20,000 nucleotides of DNA from an uncultured virus (IMG/VR IMGVR_UViG_3300046455_000579) (IMGVR_UViG_3300046455_000579); one strand, 5' to 3'. Positions 7,399-15,866 are shown, counted from the stretch's first letter. Numbers and translations: made by a program. Notes: generated from the letters alone by a model not told the origin.

Positions 7399-7520
7399 CC
7401 GGCCGACCCTACCGGTGGTGCCGGCGCGGGTGCGTGTCCGGAGATGGGGCCGCAGTTGGGGCAGGCCCAGGAGCCGTTACCGCCTTGCTGTGCCTGCGCT
7501 CCGCAGTTCGGGCAGTTCAT
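7395..7520 (-). CDS. Zn-ribbon microprotein, 41 aa (MNCPNCG..WACPNCG..)
   Basis: Two CPNCG motifs; stop overlaps the next start. Confidence 0.6.
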   Translation of the reverse strand: MNCPNCGAQAQQGGNGSWACPNCGPISGHAPAPAPPVGSAG

Positions 7521-7621
7521 TGATTCACCGTCCCGGTGTGGGTGGGTGTTGCCGGCCCTGTCCAGGGTGCCCGTGCGGGCGGGTGTCGGGTAGAGGGCGT
7601 ACGCACAGGTTCCACCCCCCA

Positions 7622-7661
7622 CTGTTCAGGCATTGCATTGCCATGCCTGAACAGGTACACT
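7622..7661 (+). promoter_or_regulatory. Housekeeping-sigma-type promoter overlapped by operator-like inverted repeat (copy 2)
   Basis: TTGCAT (7633-7638)-N17-TACACT (7656-7661); 12-bp IR CTGTTCAGGCAT (7622-7633) / ATGCCTGAACAG (7643-7654). Confidence 0.7.
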
Positions 7662-7700
7662 GAAATTACCGCACCACACCCGCCACCCAGGGGGCCACCC

Positions 7701-8255
7701 GTGCCGACAAACGCGACCCACACCGTGACCCGCGAACCCAAACACCCCGGCTACGACACCCTTGGCGACGCCAACAACTGGGGAGAAGAGTTCTACCTCC
7801 TCACCAACGGCGAACCCATCGGCGGAACCTACTGGTGCCCACCCGGCCCGAACATCGAAGCCGGCAAACAGTGGGTGTCCTACGGCCCCGCCGGATACTC
7901 CTTCAGCCACACCACCCGCGAAGACGCCGAACAGGTCCAACTCGCGGCCGCCGGCATCACCGCCACCACCCCCACCGAGACCGTGTCCACCCCGGCCCCG
8001 GAACTCCCCGAAACAAAGCCCCTCCCTATGACGTGGGACCAAGCCCTCACCGAAGCCAAGGAGAAAGGCGTCAGCCGCTGCAGCGACCCCGCCCTCATGG
8101 CCTCCTTCTGCGACGGCTCCATCCAGCACCTGGCCGGCGCCGTATCCCCCCAGCTCGTCTGGGAGGGAGCCCAGAAGAAGGGCCTGTCGGCGAAGGAACT
8201 CGGACGCTTGTGCAGTACGGACGTGATGGCCGTCTCCGACCTCATGTGGATCTGA
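7701..8255 (+). CDS. Hypothetical two-domain protein with Thr/Pro linker, 184 aa
   Basis: AGGGG RBS before GTG; C-rich third positions; first gene after the promoter at 7633. Confidence 0.7.
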   Translation: MPTNATHTVTREPKHPGYDTLGDANNWGEEFYLLTNGEPIGGTYWCPPGPNIEAGKQWVSYGPAGYSFSHTTREDAEQVQLAAAGITATTPTETVSTPAPELPETKPLPMTWDQALTEAKEKGVSRCSDPALMASFCDGSIQHLAGAVSPQLVWEGAQKKGLSAKELGRLCSTDVMAVSDLMWI

Positions 8256-8263
8256 ATTCCAAC

Positions 8264-8334
8264 CGTTGCCCTCGCCTCCGGGCGGGGGCAACGTGCGCCC
8301 GGAACCGGGCCACCCTCACGTACACCACCCCAGC
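8264..8334 (+). repeat. Intergenic double-hairpin module, copy 1
   Basis: CGTTGCCCTCGCC / GGCGGGGGCAACG stem, then GCCCGG-AA-CCGGGC-CAC; similar to 9012-9074. Confidence 0.6.
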
Positions 8335-8351
8335 AACAGCAAGGACCCAGC

Positions 8352-9005
8352 ATGGCCAGCCGCATCACCTACCGAGGCCGCGTCTGCAAGGTGCTCGCCG
8401 CCCGAGGCAAGCCCTACCACCGCAAAATGGTCATCAACGGCTACACCATCAACCACGGCTGGCAGGGCAACGACGACCAGGCCATCAACTGGTTCCGGAC
8501 GGTCATCGACCTGATGGACGCCGCCGGCGGGCCCGGCAACAGCGCCGAACGCCTCCACTACACCGCCCCGCACTGGTGGGAGCCCGGCACCTTCGACGTC
8601 AACCCCAACGGCGACGCCACCCAGCCCGGCGGCGTCTGCCTCTGCTCCCGGTGCGTCATCGCCGACGTCGACGGCGGCAAAGCCCGCTTCGCGCCCCTCC
8701 ACCCCGACGCCTGCCAGCACTGCCACCAGCGCGCCGACGGCCACGACGACGACGTCCACCTGGAATGGCACCGCTACACCGAACCCACCGAGCAGCAGCG
8801 GACCGGTCGGCAGGCCACCGTCGACGAGTTCCAGCAGGACGACGACCCCGACGAAACCATGTGCGACGCGATCTATCACCGCACGATCCGCGGCTACCTC
8901 AGCCCGCCGCGCTGCCTGTGCTTCGCCGACCACCGCGACGCCAACAACCCCGACTTCCACGAAGACGCCCGCGGCTTCCGCTGGGCCCGCACCATCCCCG
9001 CCTGA
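8352..9005 (+). CDS. Hypothetical Cys/His-rich protein, 217 aa
   Basis: AAGGA RBS; CLCSRC, CQHC and CLC..H motifs; strong codon bias. Confidence 0.8.
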   Translation: MASRITYRGRVCKVLAARGKPYHRKMVINGYTINHGWQGNDDQAINWFRTVIDLMDAAGGPGNSAERLHYTAPHWWEPGTFDVNPNGDATQPGGVCLCSRCVIADVDGGKARFAPLHPDACQHCHQRADGHDDDVHLEWHRYTEPTEQQRTGRQATVDEFQQDDDPDETMCDAIYHRTIRGYLSPPRCLCFADHRDANNPDFHEDARGFRWARTIPA

Positions 9006-9011
9006 CCCCCG

Positions 9012-9074
9012 GCCCCCGCCCACCCGGGCGGGGGCAAGCCCACGCCCAAACCGGGCCACGCTAGAACACCCAGC
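9012..9074 (+). repeat. Intergenic double-hairpin module, copy 2
   Basis: GCCCCCGCCC / GGGCGGGGGC stem plus AA, then GCCC-AAA-CCGGGC-CAC and CACCCAGC. Confidence 0.6.
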
Positions 9075-9098
9075 CTCCACGCCCCTGGGAGCAGCCCC

Positions 9099-9500
9099 AT
9101 GACCGGCCCAACCCCGCCCTACCTGATCCCCGTCCGCCGGTCCGCCGTCCCCGGATACGGCATGCAGGGCCTGTGCCCGCAATGCCGCGACTGGACCGGC
9201 ATCTGGCCGCACGACCACCCCCACGGCGCGGGCCGCCTCGACAACCACGCCACCGAGAAGGGCTCGTACTGCCCGATGTCCCGAACGGTCATCACCAACG
9301 AGGCCGCCATCGCACGCGACAGCCAGCTCAACCCCCAAGAACAGGCCGCGTACAACGCCACCGCGAAACGTCTGCACGGCTGCCGAGGCCCGCGCCTCGA
9401 CGAAAACTGCTGGCACCCCGCCTGCCACCAGGCCGTCGCGAAGGGTCTCGTCTGGACGCTCGACGGCTGGAAGCCGGCCACCCGCATCGCCCTGTTCTGA
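9099..9500 (+). CDS. Hypothetical protein with Zn-finger-like motif, 133 aa
   Basis: GGGAG RBS; CPQC..H..CP.S. Confidence 0.75.
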   Translation: MTGPTPPYLIPVRRSAVPGYGMQGLCPQCRDWTGIWPHDHPHGAGRLDNHATEKGSYCPMSRTVITNEAAIARDSQLNPQEQAAYNATAKRLHGCRGPRLDENCWHPACHQAVAKGLVWTLDGWKPATRIALF

Positions 9501-9520
9501 CACCCGGGAGGACCCGACCC

Positions 9521-10060
9521 ATGACCGACCCCACTCCGCAGCCCACCATCCGCGAACAGCTACTGAACGCCCTGGACTTCTCCTACTGCCAGGGCCTCGG
9601 CTACGGCACGCCGGAGGAACTCGTGGCCGCCTACGACGCGACGCTGCTCCCGCCCACCGACGAGGCCGCGCTCCGTGACCGCATCGCCGCAGCCATCGAC
9701 GGCGTCTTCACCCGCTGGCAGACCGGCCTCGGCAACCAGCGCCCGCAGGACGCCATCCGCGACGCGGTGCTGGCCGTGCTGACCGCGCCCACTGACCGGG
9801 CCGCGATCCTGCGGGAAGCCGCCGACTGGTTCGACCGGTACGACGTGGACTCCGCGCGGGAGCTGCGCCGCCTGGCCCACGAGGCGCAGCAGCCCGAGAC
9901 ACAAGCGCTCCGGATGCCGCGCTGCCCCCGCTGCATCCACGACGAGCGCACGCGCGCCGTCCTCCAGCAGTCAGCGATGGAGCTGTACCCACCGGACCAC
10001 GACCCCAACTGCCCGCACCACCAGCCTGCCGCCGTAGCCCAGCCCGACGGGGAGGCCTGA
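9521..10060 (+). CDS. Phage-like hypothetical protein, 179 aa
   Basis: GGGAGGA RBS; LRDRIAAAI and DRAAILREAAD segments typical of actinophage hypothetical proteins. Confidence 0.75.
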   Translation: MTDPTPQPTIREQLLNALDFSYCQGLGYGTPEELVAAYDATLLPPTDEAALRDRIAAAIDGVFTRWQTGLGNQRPQDAIRDAVLAVLTAPTDRAAILREAADWFDRYDVDSARELRRLAHEAQQPETQALRMPRCPRCIHDERTRAVLQQSAMELYPPDHDPNCPHHQPAAVAQPDGEA

Positions 10061-10063
10061 CCC

Positions 10064-10234
10064 ATGGCCACACGTAGTGGAGGCTTCACCGGGATCAGCC
10101 TGGCGGGCCGGTGGGAATGCGGCGGCTGCGGCGCGTCCGGCGACGGCTGGTACGACGAGGACGACGGCCTCGTCCTGAACGACGAGAACGGCCAGCCCTT
10201 CGCCCCCGACGAGCACGAGTGTGGGGAGGGCTGA
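10064..10234 (+). CDS. Small acidic Cys-containing protein, 56 aa (not in ORF track)
   Basis: GGGAGG RBS; MATRSGGFTGISLAGRWECGGCG..DEHECGEG; fills the gap between neighbours. Confidence 0.7.
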   Translation: MATRSGGFTGISLAGRWECGGCGASGDGWYDEDDGLVLNDENGQPFAPDEHECGEG

Positions 10235-10236
10235 CC

Positions 10237-10524
10237 GTGGCCGCCGTAGCCCTGCCGATCCCCGTCGTCGTGACCCGCCACCAGTGCCCGTTCTGCGGGA
10301 TCACCCGGGCGAAGCGGTCCGCAATGGTCGCGCACATCGCCCGCTGCTGGCACAACCCGGCCGCCCGCGCCTGCAAGACGTGCGTGCACTACACGCCACC
10401 CGAGGATGGACCGTACCCGCAGCACCCCGACTGGCCCGAGGACTGCTCGGCCGGGCAGCTCATCGGCGACCTACCCAACAGCAACTGCCCGAGCTGGCAG
10501 TCCGGCACGGAGGCCACCTCATGA
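10237..10524 (+). CDS. Zn-finger protein, 95 aa
   Basis: GGGGAGG RBS; CPFC-x12-H..C and CKTC motifs. Confidence 0.7.
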   Translation: MAAVALPIPVVVTRHQCPFCGITRAKRSAMVAHIARCWHNPAARACKTCVHYTPPEDGPYPQHPDWPEDCSAGQLIGDLPNSNCPSWQSGTEATS

Positions 10525-10835
10525 TCTGGCTCGTCGTCGCGGCCGCGGTCCTGGCCGGCTACGGCATCGGCCGCTACCGGCCCGGCCACCGCGCCTCCAA
10601 CTGGGCGTACTGGAGGCAGTACGACCGGACCATCCGCCGCCACAGCACCCGCTGGTGGGCCCGGTGGGCCGTCCTGTCCGCGGAGAACATCGGCTGGCTG
10701 ACCACCCACCCCATCCGCGGCTGGCACGCCTGGCAGCACCGCAACGACCCGCCCCGCAGCCCCGCACCCACCTTCGACCCCGCCTGGGCCGCCAAACGCC
10801 GCGCAGCCGCGGCCGCCGAGAAAGAGGGCGCCTGA
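10521..10835 (+). CDS. Trp/Arg-rich protein with N-terminal membrane anchor, 104 aa
   Basis: ATGA coupling; GGAGG RBS; MIWLVVAAAVLAGYGIG. Confidence 0.7.
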   Translation: MIWLVVAAAVLAGYGIGRYRPGHRASNWAYWRQYDRTIRRHSTRWWARWAVLSAENIGWLTTHPIRGWHAWQHRNDPPRSPAPTFDPAWAAKRRAAAAAEKEGA

Positions 10836-10954
10836 TGGCCGACGTCCTCACCGGCCTCGGCCTGGGCGGCTTCATCATCGCCGTCACGTTCCTCGCGACC
10901 GTCGACTGGATCCACCCCGGCCCGCACACCGCCCCCGAAAGGACCCGCCCGTGA
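10835..10954 (+). CDS. Single-TM microprotein, 39 aa
   Basis: TGATG coupling upstream, GTGA coupling downstream; hydrophobic LGLGGFIIAVTFLATV. Confidence 0.6.
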   Translation: MADVLTGLGLGGFIIAVTFLATVDWIHPGPHTAPERTRP

Positions 10955-11553
10955 CCAACCCGGACGACCCGGCATGGCGGTGGGAGTTCCGCGGCGAAGA
11001 CTTCGTGTACGCCCGCCTCGCCGAAGCCCAGACCGCCGCCGAACATCTGCCCGCCAGCGAAGCCCGCGAGACGGAACTCAACCGGATCGACTCCCTCTAC
11101 CTCATCGCCAGCCAGCACAACATCTGGATCGACGCCCGCGGCCGATCCCACGCCGCCTGCCTCACCTGCGGCGGTGCCGCAGGCGTCCCCTGCACCACCA
11201 TGTGCGGCCTCGCCCGCCTCTGGCGCACCCACCCCGACTACGTGCCGGCCTGGAACCAGACCATCGACAACCCCCGCCACCGGGGCAGCATCTACGCCGA
11301 CTACGTGAAGCGCACCACGATCTGCCAGGAACGCAAAACCGAACTCGACGCCTTCTACGACCGCTTCGACCTCGAGCAGGCCGACGGCGGAGAGCGGTGG
11401 CGGTGCAAGGCGTGCGGTGCCCACGGCGAGACGTGGAAGCCGATACCTGGCGCCTACGACTACCCCCACGCGATCGGCACCGCGAAGCACCGGCACCCCG
11501 CCTGTGACCAGTCCGCCCTCGAGAACAAGGAGCCCACCACGTGCGAGCCCTGA
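10951..11553 (+). CDS. DUF6221-like protein with extra C-terminal CxxC domain, 200 aa
   Basis: GAAAGGA RBS; DFVYARLAE..CLTC..PC.T...LARLW..HPDY.PAW. Confidence 0.65.
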   Translation: MTNPDDPAWRWEFRGEDFVYARLAEAQTAAEHLPASEARETELNRIDSLYLIASQHNIWIDARGRSHAACLTCGGAAGVPCTTMCGLARLWRTHPDYVPAWNQTIDNPRHRGSIYADYVKRTTICQERKTELDAFYDRFDLEQADGGERWRCKACGAHGETWKPIPGAYDYPHAIGTAKHRHPACDQSALENKEPTTCEP

Positions 11554-11951
11554 CCGTGAAGTTCCCGTGGAGTGCGGCCATCGCGCACGGGGAGAAGCGC
11601 ATCGAGAACCGCCGCAAGCCGATCCCACCGAAGCACCTCGGGACGACCATCCTCATCCACGCCGGCGCCGCCGAAGACGAGAACGCCCTCCCCGCCGACA
11701 CGATCCGGGACTGGCCCCGGCACTTCTCCGCGATCGTCGCCGTCGCCACCCTCGCCGACTGCCACCAGGCTGCCAAGCCGCGCTGCTGCGCCCCGTGGGG
11801 ATTCCCCGACACCTGGCACTGGGTCCTCGATGACGTCCAGGCCATCCCGCACCCGCCCCGACCGGTCCGCGGCCAACTGGGCCTGTGGACCGTACCCGAC
11901 GACGTCCTGGCCGCCGTACAGCGGAAGGTCCAGCTGGAGGTTGCACCGTGA
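11541..11951 (+). CDS. ASCH domain protein, 136 aa
   Basis: RALTVKFPWSAAIAHGEKRIENR (GxKxxExR), ILIHAG, HWVL..V..P..V.GQLGLW are classic ASCH signatures; AAGGAG RBS. Confidence 0.9.
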   Translation: MRALTVKFPWSAAIAHGEKRIENRRKPIPPKHLGTTILIHAGAAEDENALPADTIRDWPRHFSAIVAVATLADCHQAAKPRCCAPWGFPDTWHWVLDDVQAIPHPPRPVRGQLGLWTVPDDVLAAVQRKVQLEVAP

Positions 11952-12880
11952 GCGGGAAGAACGAGGCACGGGAGCTGCTCCTCGACCTGATCGGCGCGGC
12001 AGACGCCGCGAACCAAGGAACCACCCCCGAGCAGGCCGTCGACGACGCCATCCACGAGGCGCTCCTCAACCAGCCTGCGCTGCGTACCTGCCTGGTTCCT
12101 GGCTGCCTCCGCCAGTACGACGCCATCACCACCATGACCGGCGAGACCCCGCCACGGCCCGAATGGTCCGGGAAGGGATGGGCCACGCTCGGGTCCGGCA
12201 GCATCTTCCCCGCAGGCGGTCACATCTGCCCCGACCACAAGCCGTTGGTCACCGACCACTTCCCCCGCCGCCTGAAGCTCCCCAGCGACCGCTGGAGCGT
12301 CGATTGCGCGTGCGGCTGGACACCAGCACCGCAGACCTGGCACGGCGTCCTCCGCGCCCTGTGGGAGCAGCATCTGCTCACCGTGGACGGGAAGCTGCCC
12401 CCGGCGCCGCCGCTCACGGACCCTGAGCACCGGATCCCCCTTGCCGAGCACACCGAAGCGACGCTGGCCGAGCTGTACGACCGGCTGTGGGACGCCGAAG
12501 CGGACCAGCAGGAGACCCGCGACGTCGCCCGCGCCTGCATGGTCACCTACACGGTCGCCGTCCCCGCCCTCCTGGGCGTCAAGACATCCCTCGAAGCCCT
12601 CCGCACCCGCATCACCCTCGACTCCCGCGACTGGACCGCCGACAAAGTCGATGCCCTGCTCTACGCCGTCCTCGTCGGAGCGAACTGCGAGGACGACACC
12701 CCCGGGCACGTCCACAACGACATCGACTGCGCCAGCGACCAGGGCCTGTGGGACCTCGCGAAGCAGCACGACATCCCCACCGACCAGACCATCCAGGCCA
12801 GCCACCACCGCTGGTGGGTCGCCAACGCCATCAAGGCCGCCACCCAGATCGAGGACGCCAACAAGCCGAAGGAGAGCTGA
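11948..12880 (+). CDS. Hypothetical Cys/His-containing protein, 310 aa
   Basis: GTGA coupling; GGAGG RBS; CLVPGC, CPDH and CAC motifs. Confidence 0.8.
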   Translation: MSGKNEARELLLDLIGAADAANQGTTPEQAVDDAIHEALLNQPALRTCLVPGCLRQYDAITTMTGETPPRPEWSGKGWATLGSGSIFPAGGHICPDHKPLVTDHFPRRLKLPSDRWSVDCACGWTPAPQTWHGVLRALWEQHLLTVDGKLPPAPPLTDPEHRIPLAEHTEATLAELYDRLWDAEADQQETRDVARACMVTYTVAVPALLGVKTSLEALRTRITLDSRDWTADKVDALLYAVLVGANCEDDTPGHVHNDIDCASDQGLWDLAKQHDIPTDQTIQASHHRWWVANAIKAATQIEDANKPKES

Positions 12881-12882
12881 CC

Positions 12883-13260
12883 GTGCCCGAACAGCCCTGC
12901 CCGTTCTGCGAGATCAACACCGGTCGCGCGCCCGCCAAGTTCGTGGCCGAGTGGTCCGACGCAATCGCGATCGTCCCGCACAACCCCGTGGTCGTCGGAC
13001 ACACCCTGATCATTCCCAAGACCCACGTCACCGACTTCGCGGACGACCCCGAGGTAACCGGAGCGACCGTGCGACGGGCAGCGCAACTCTGCCGCGACCT
13101 CGACCTGGTCCACGCCAACCTCATCACCAGCAAGGGCGTGCACGCCACGCAGTCCGTGTTCCACCTTCACGTTCACCTCGTTCCTCGAGCGGCGAACGAC
13201 GGCCTGGCCCTGCCCTGGTACAGCGGCCGCAGCAGCAAGACCACGGAGGGAACCCGATGA
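12883..13260 (+). CDS. HIT (histidine triad) family hydrolase, 125 aa
   Basis: CPFC N-terminus, GHTLIIPK.H, and QSVFHLHVHLVPR histidine triad. Confidence 0.92.
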   Translation: MPEQPCPFCEINTGRAPAKFVAEWSDAIAIVPHNPVVVGHTLIIPKTHVTDFADDPEVTGATVRRAAQLCRDLDLVHANLITSKGVHATQSVFHLHVHLVPRAANDGLALPWYSGRSSKTTEGTR

Positions 13261-13823
13261 CCGACCACGAAAGCGTGCTCAGCGCGCAGGACCCCGAGAA
13301 TGTCGCCATCACCGCCAACACGATCCAGGACTCCCTGCTGTCGATCCCGGTGGGCAACAGCCAGCCCCTCGTCACCATCCATCCGGACGGCCGGCTCGAG
13401 TTCGGCGACGACTACCAGCCCGACGAGGCCGCGCAACTCTTCTGGCAGGCCGTGCAACGCTTCGCCCCCACACAGATGGAGCAGCAGTTCGGCAAGCCCC
13501 TCGCGGCCCGCATCGACGCCGAACTGGCCGCCGGGGAGCGCGCGCAGCAGTGGGTGGAGGCCCTCACCGAGGCCGTCGTCCTGTGGCGAAACCGGCCGGG
13601 CGGCGACGTCGGCCTCGCCATCGCCCTCTCCGGCATCCTCGACACGGACAAGCCCGACCCGCCCGCCGCGACCGCACTGGTGCGGGTGCTGAAGGAGTGC
13701 GACCGCATCGAGCGCGCGGTGAAGAGCAGGCCGACCAGCCCGGACTTCGACGGCGCGTACCTGGCCTGCCTGCGCCGCATCCGCCAGGCCGCTGGCGTCC
13801 TGCCCGCCGACGAGGAGGACTGA
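13257..13823 (+). CDS. Hypothetical protein, 188 aa
   Basis: ATGA coupling; GGAGG RBS; LVTIHPDGRLEFG..Y.PDEAA..FW. Confidence 0.75.
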   Translation: MTDHESVLSAQDPENVAITANTIQDSLLSIPVGNSQPLVTIHPDGRLEFGDDYQPDEAAQLFWQAVQRFAPTQMEQQFGKPLAARIDAELAAGERAQQWVEALTEAVVLWRNRPGGDVGLAIALSGILDTDKPDPPAATALVRVLKECDRIERAVKSRPTSPDFDGAYLACLRRIRQAAGVLPADEED

Positions 13824-13824
13824 C

Positions 13825-14240
13825 GTGGTGATGATCAATGGGCGGGAGTACTGGAGCACCCGCACCCCGACCAAGACCGGCTTCGCCGTCGCCTTCCCCC
13901 GCACAAACCCACGCCGCGCCGAGCCCGCAACCACAGCCCAACGACGCCGAGACGACCGCATCGCCGACCGGATGCAGGATGAGCGGATCGTCACCCTGGA
14001 GGCAGGCACGCTGGTGGTCTTCCAGCGGTCCGCGTATCGCGTGGTGGAGGTCCGGGAGATCCCGCCGGACCTGTGGGGCGAGAAGTGGGACCAGGCCTTC
14101 GAGAAGGAACTGGGCCGATGGGACTCCTGGAAGCTGGACGCCCACCCGTTGGACAAGCGCCCGTGGGGCGACCGGCCCACAGCGGAGACGTGGCGGGACA
14201 GGCCCGTCAGCGTCGTCCTGCGACCCGACCCTGACGGTCA
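13825..14240 (+). pseudogene. Hypothetical gene probably truncated at the LuxR cassette (frame stays open to 14610)
   Basis: GAGGAGGA RBS and protein-like sequence for ~138 codons, then ~370 bp running antisense through the regulator gene as Ser/Arg-rich shadow sequence. Confidence 0.5.
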
Positions 14241-15341
14241 GGCCGCCGTCTCCACCGTGACGCTCGCCTGGGGCGCCCCGGAGGCCTGCGACACCGTGTC
14301 CACGGAGGCGCTGTCGTCGACGCCGTGGTCGGGGGACAGGGCGAACTTGTACGCGAGCGCGGGCAGTGACTCCGCCCCGAACAGGCTCTTCAGCCGCTCG
14401 AGGTGCCGGGTCAGTGTCCGCACCCCGAACCCGAGCCGGGACGCGGTCGCGGTCTGGGGGCGGCCGGCGACCATGTCCCGCAGTATCTCCCGGTCCAGCC
14501 GTGTCGTCCGCACCTCGCACGCCGCGACGGGCGCCGTATCCGGTATGCGGGGCTCCCCCGACCAAGGGCGGGCCTGGTGCCAGATGTCGGCGTACACGCG
14601 GGCCATGTAGGCGACGACCGCCCGGTCCGTGACATGCCACGCCGCATGAGCAGCGGAGCCTTCGACCACATAGTCGGAGATGAATGCGTGCCGCCGGTCC
14701 ACGATGATGATCCGCTCAAAGGGTGCGAGGAGCGTCCGGTACTCGGCTCCCTCCGCGGCCATCGTCCGCGCCCACTCCTGCGTCACCTCATCGTCCCGGA
14801 CGGTGTCCCGGTACAGGGTCTGGCACCGGATCCCGCGCCGTAAAGCGTCGGTGTCCCGGCGGACCGCGGTCAGCATGTTGGCCCGCGAGCGGGGGCCGTT
14901 GGGCTGCGCCGACAGGATCTCCGAACGTGCCGCACCGACCACGTCCTGGATCCGGGCGTTGACCGTCTCCGGATCGGGAAGGAACTGCGCACCGCCGGAG
15001 GAACGTTCCGCCGACCTTTCGAACTCCACCGACAACTGGTCCTGCACCGCCGGGAGTGCGGCGATCTGCGCCAGCCTCGATGCGGCGGCCGCCAACTGCG
15101 CCGCCGTGTGCCGGGCCATCGCCGGCCCCGGCTCCAACGCCACCCACACCTCAGGATGATCCGCATCCCGGACCACCAGACCCAGCGCCTGGAGCTTCGC
15201 CAACTCCGGGCCCCGGCCCCACTCCTCGCCCCCCAGCCCCTCACACCGGGCGATCCGCCCATACAGGCGCACCTCGGCACCCGTCAGAAACGAATCCAGC
15301 CCCTCCATGCCTGTCTGGGCAGGCGTGTTGCCCGATCTCAT
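14238..15341 (-). CDS. Transcriptional regulator: TrmB-like N-terminal wHTH, PLD-like/TrmB-type sensor domain, C-terminal LuxR-type HTH, ~367 aa
   Basis: GGGGGA RBS before ATG 15341; LAKLQALGLV; ARSEILSAQP..RGIRCQTLY..RIIIVDRRHAFI; REILRDMVAGRPQTATASRLGFGVRTLTRHLERLKSLFGAES. Confidence 0.85.
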   Translation of the reverse strand: MRSGNTPAQTGMEGLDSFLTGAEVRLYGRIARCEGLGGEEWGRGPELAKLQALGLVVRDADHPEVWVALEPGPAMARHTAAQLAAAASRLAQIAALPAVQDQLSVEFERSAERSSGGAQFLPDPETVNARIQDVVGAARSEILSAQPNGPRSRANMLTAVRRDTDALRRGIRCQTLYRDTVRDDEVTQEWARTMAAEGAEYRTLLAPFERIIIVDRRHAFISDYVVEGSAAHAAWHVTDRAVVAYMARVYADIWHQARPWSGEPRIPDTAPVAACEVRTTRLDREILRDMVAGRPQTATASRLGFGVRTLTRHLERLKSLFGAESLPALAYKFALSPDHGVDDSASVDTVSQASGAPQASVTVETAA

Positions 15342-15597
15342 CCTTGAATGTCCCCCGACAGTCGTGGCGTATGAGCGCCAGGCGTGTATACGCAAGCCCT
15401 GATGGTTGAGAGTTGTAACTCCGATACGAAAGGCTACCTGCGGGGCGCCCCCCTGACGCCCGTACGACAGATCCTTCCCTCACACCCCATGCGTCTACTG
15501 CCAGAACCGCATCCGGTATGGGGATCGCAGCAGGATCCGGAGCACGGCACCCAGGGACGGCGCCCCAAAACCTTCCCAGCGTTGAAGGGACACGACC

Positions 15598-15843
15598 GTG
15601 AAGCCTCGCCCACGCTCTCGCCGTCTGCGCCGCGCCCTCGCCGGCCTCACCCTTACCCTCACCCTCGCCGCAGGCGCCGTCCTCACCGGCGGCAGCATCC
15701 TCACCCCAGCCTCCGGCACCGCCTGGGGTGCCCCCGGCACCGACGACACCGCCTGGGGAACCCCGCCCACCGACGAACCCGACCCGGGCACCGGCGACGA
15801 CGGCAGCCCGGCCATCACCCCCTTCGACACCGCCTGGGGCTGA
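15598..15843 (+). CDS. Secreted pro-peptide with three (D/G)TAWG repeats, 81 aa
   Basis: GAAGGGA RBS; basic n-region MKPRPRSRRLRR and hydrophobic ALAGLTLTLTLAAGAVL; GTAWG, DTAWG and C-terminal DTAWG. Confidence 0.85.
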   Translation: MKPRPRSRRLRRALAGLTLTLTLAAGAVLTGGSILTPASGTAWGAPGTDDTAWGTPPTDEPDPGTGDDGSPAITPFDTAWG

Positions 15844-15866
15844 CCGACCCGGCCCCCGCACGGACC

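Noticed and set aside
2012..9502. Further TGTCAG motifs on the - strand (CTGACA near 2012, 6333, 9497)
   Set aside because: They coincide with TGA stop codons and lack a -10-like hexamer at the N10 spacing
11162..12808. Long - strand ORFs (also 3846-5102, 8316-9503, 10519-11628)
   Set aside because: Antisense shadows of well-supported + strand genes, as expected in high-GC DNA
15598..15843. RiPP precursor with repeated cores
   Set aside because: No modifying enzyme, protease or transporter is adjacent, and the N-terminus is an export signal rather than a RiPP leader; not excluded if enzymes act in trans
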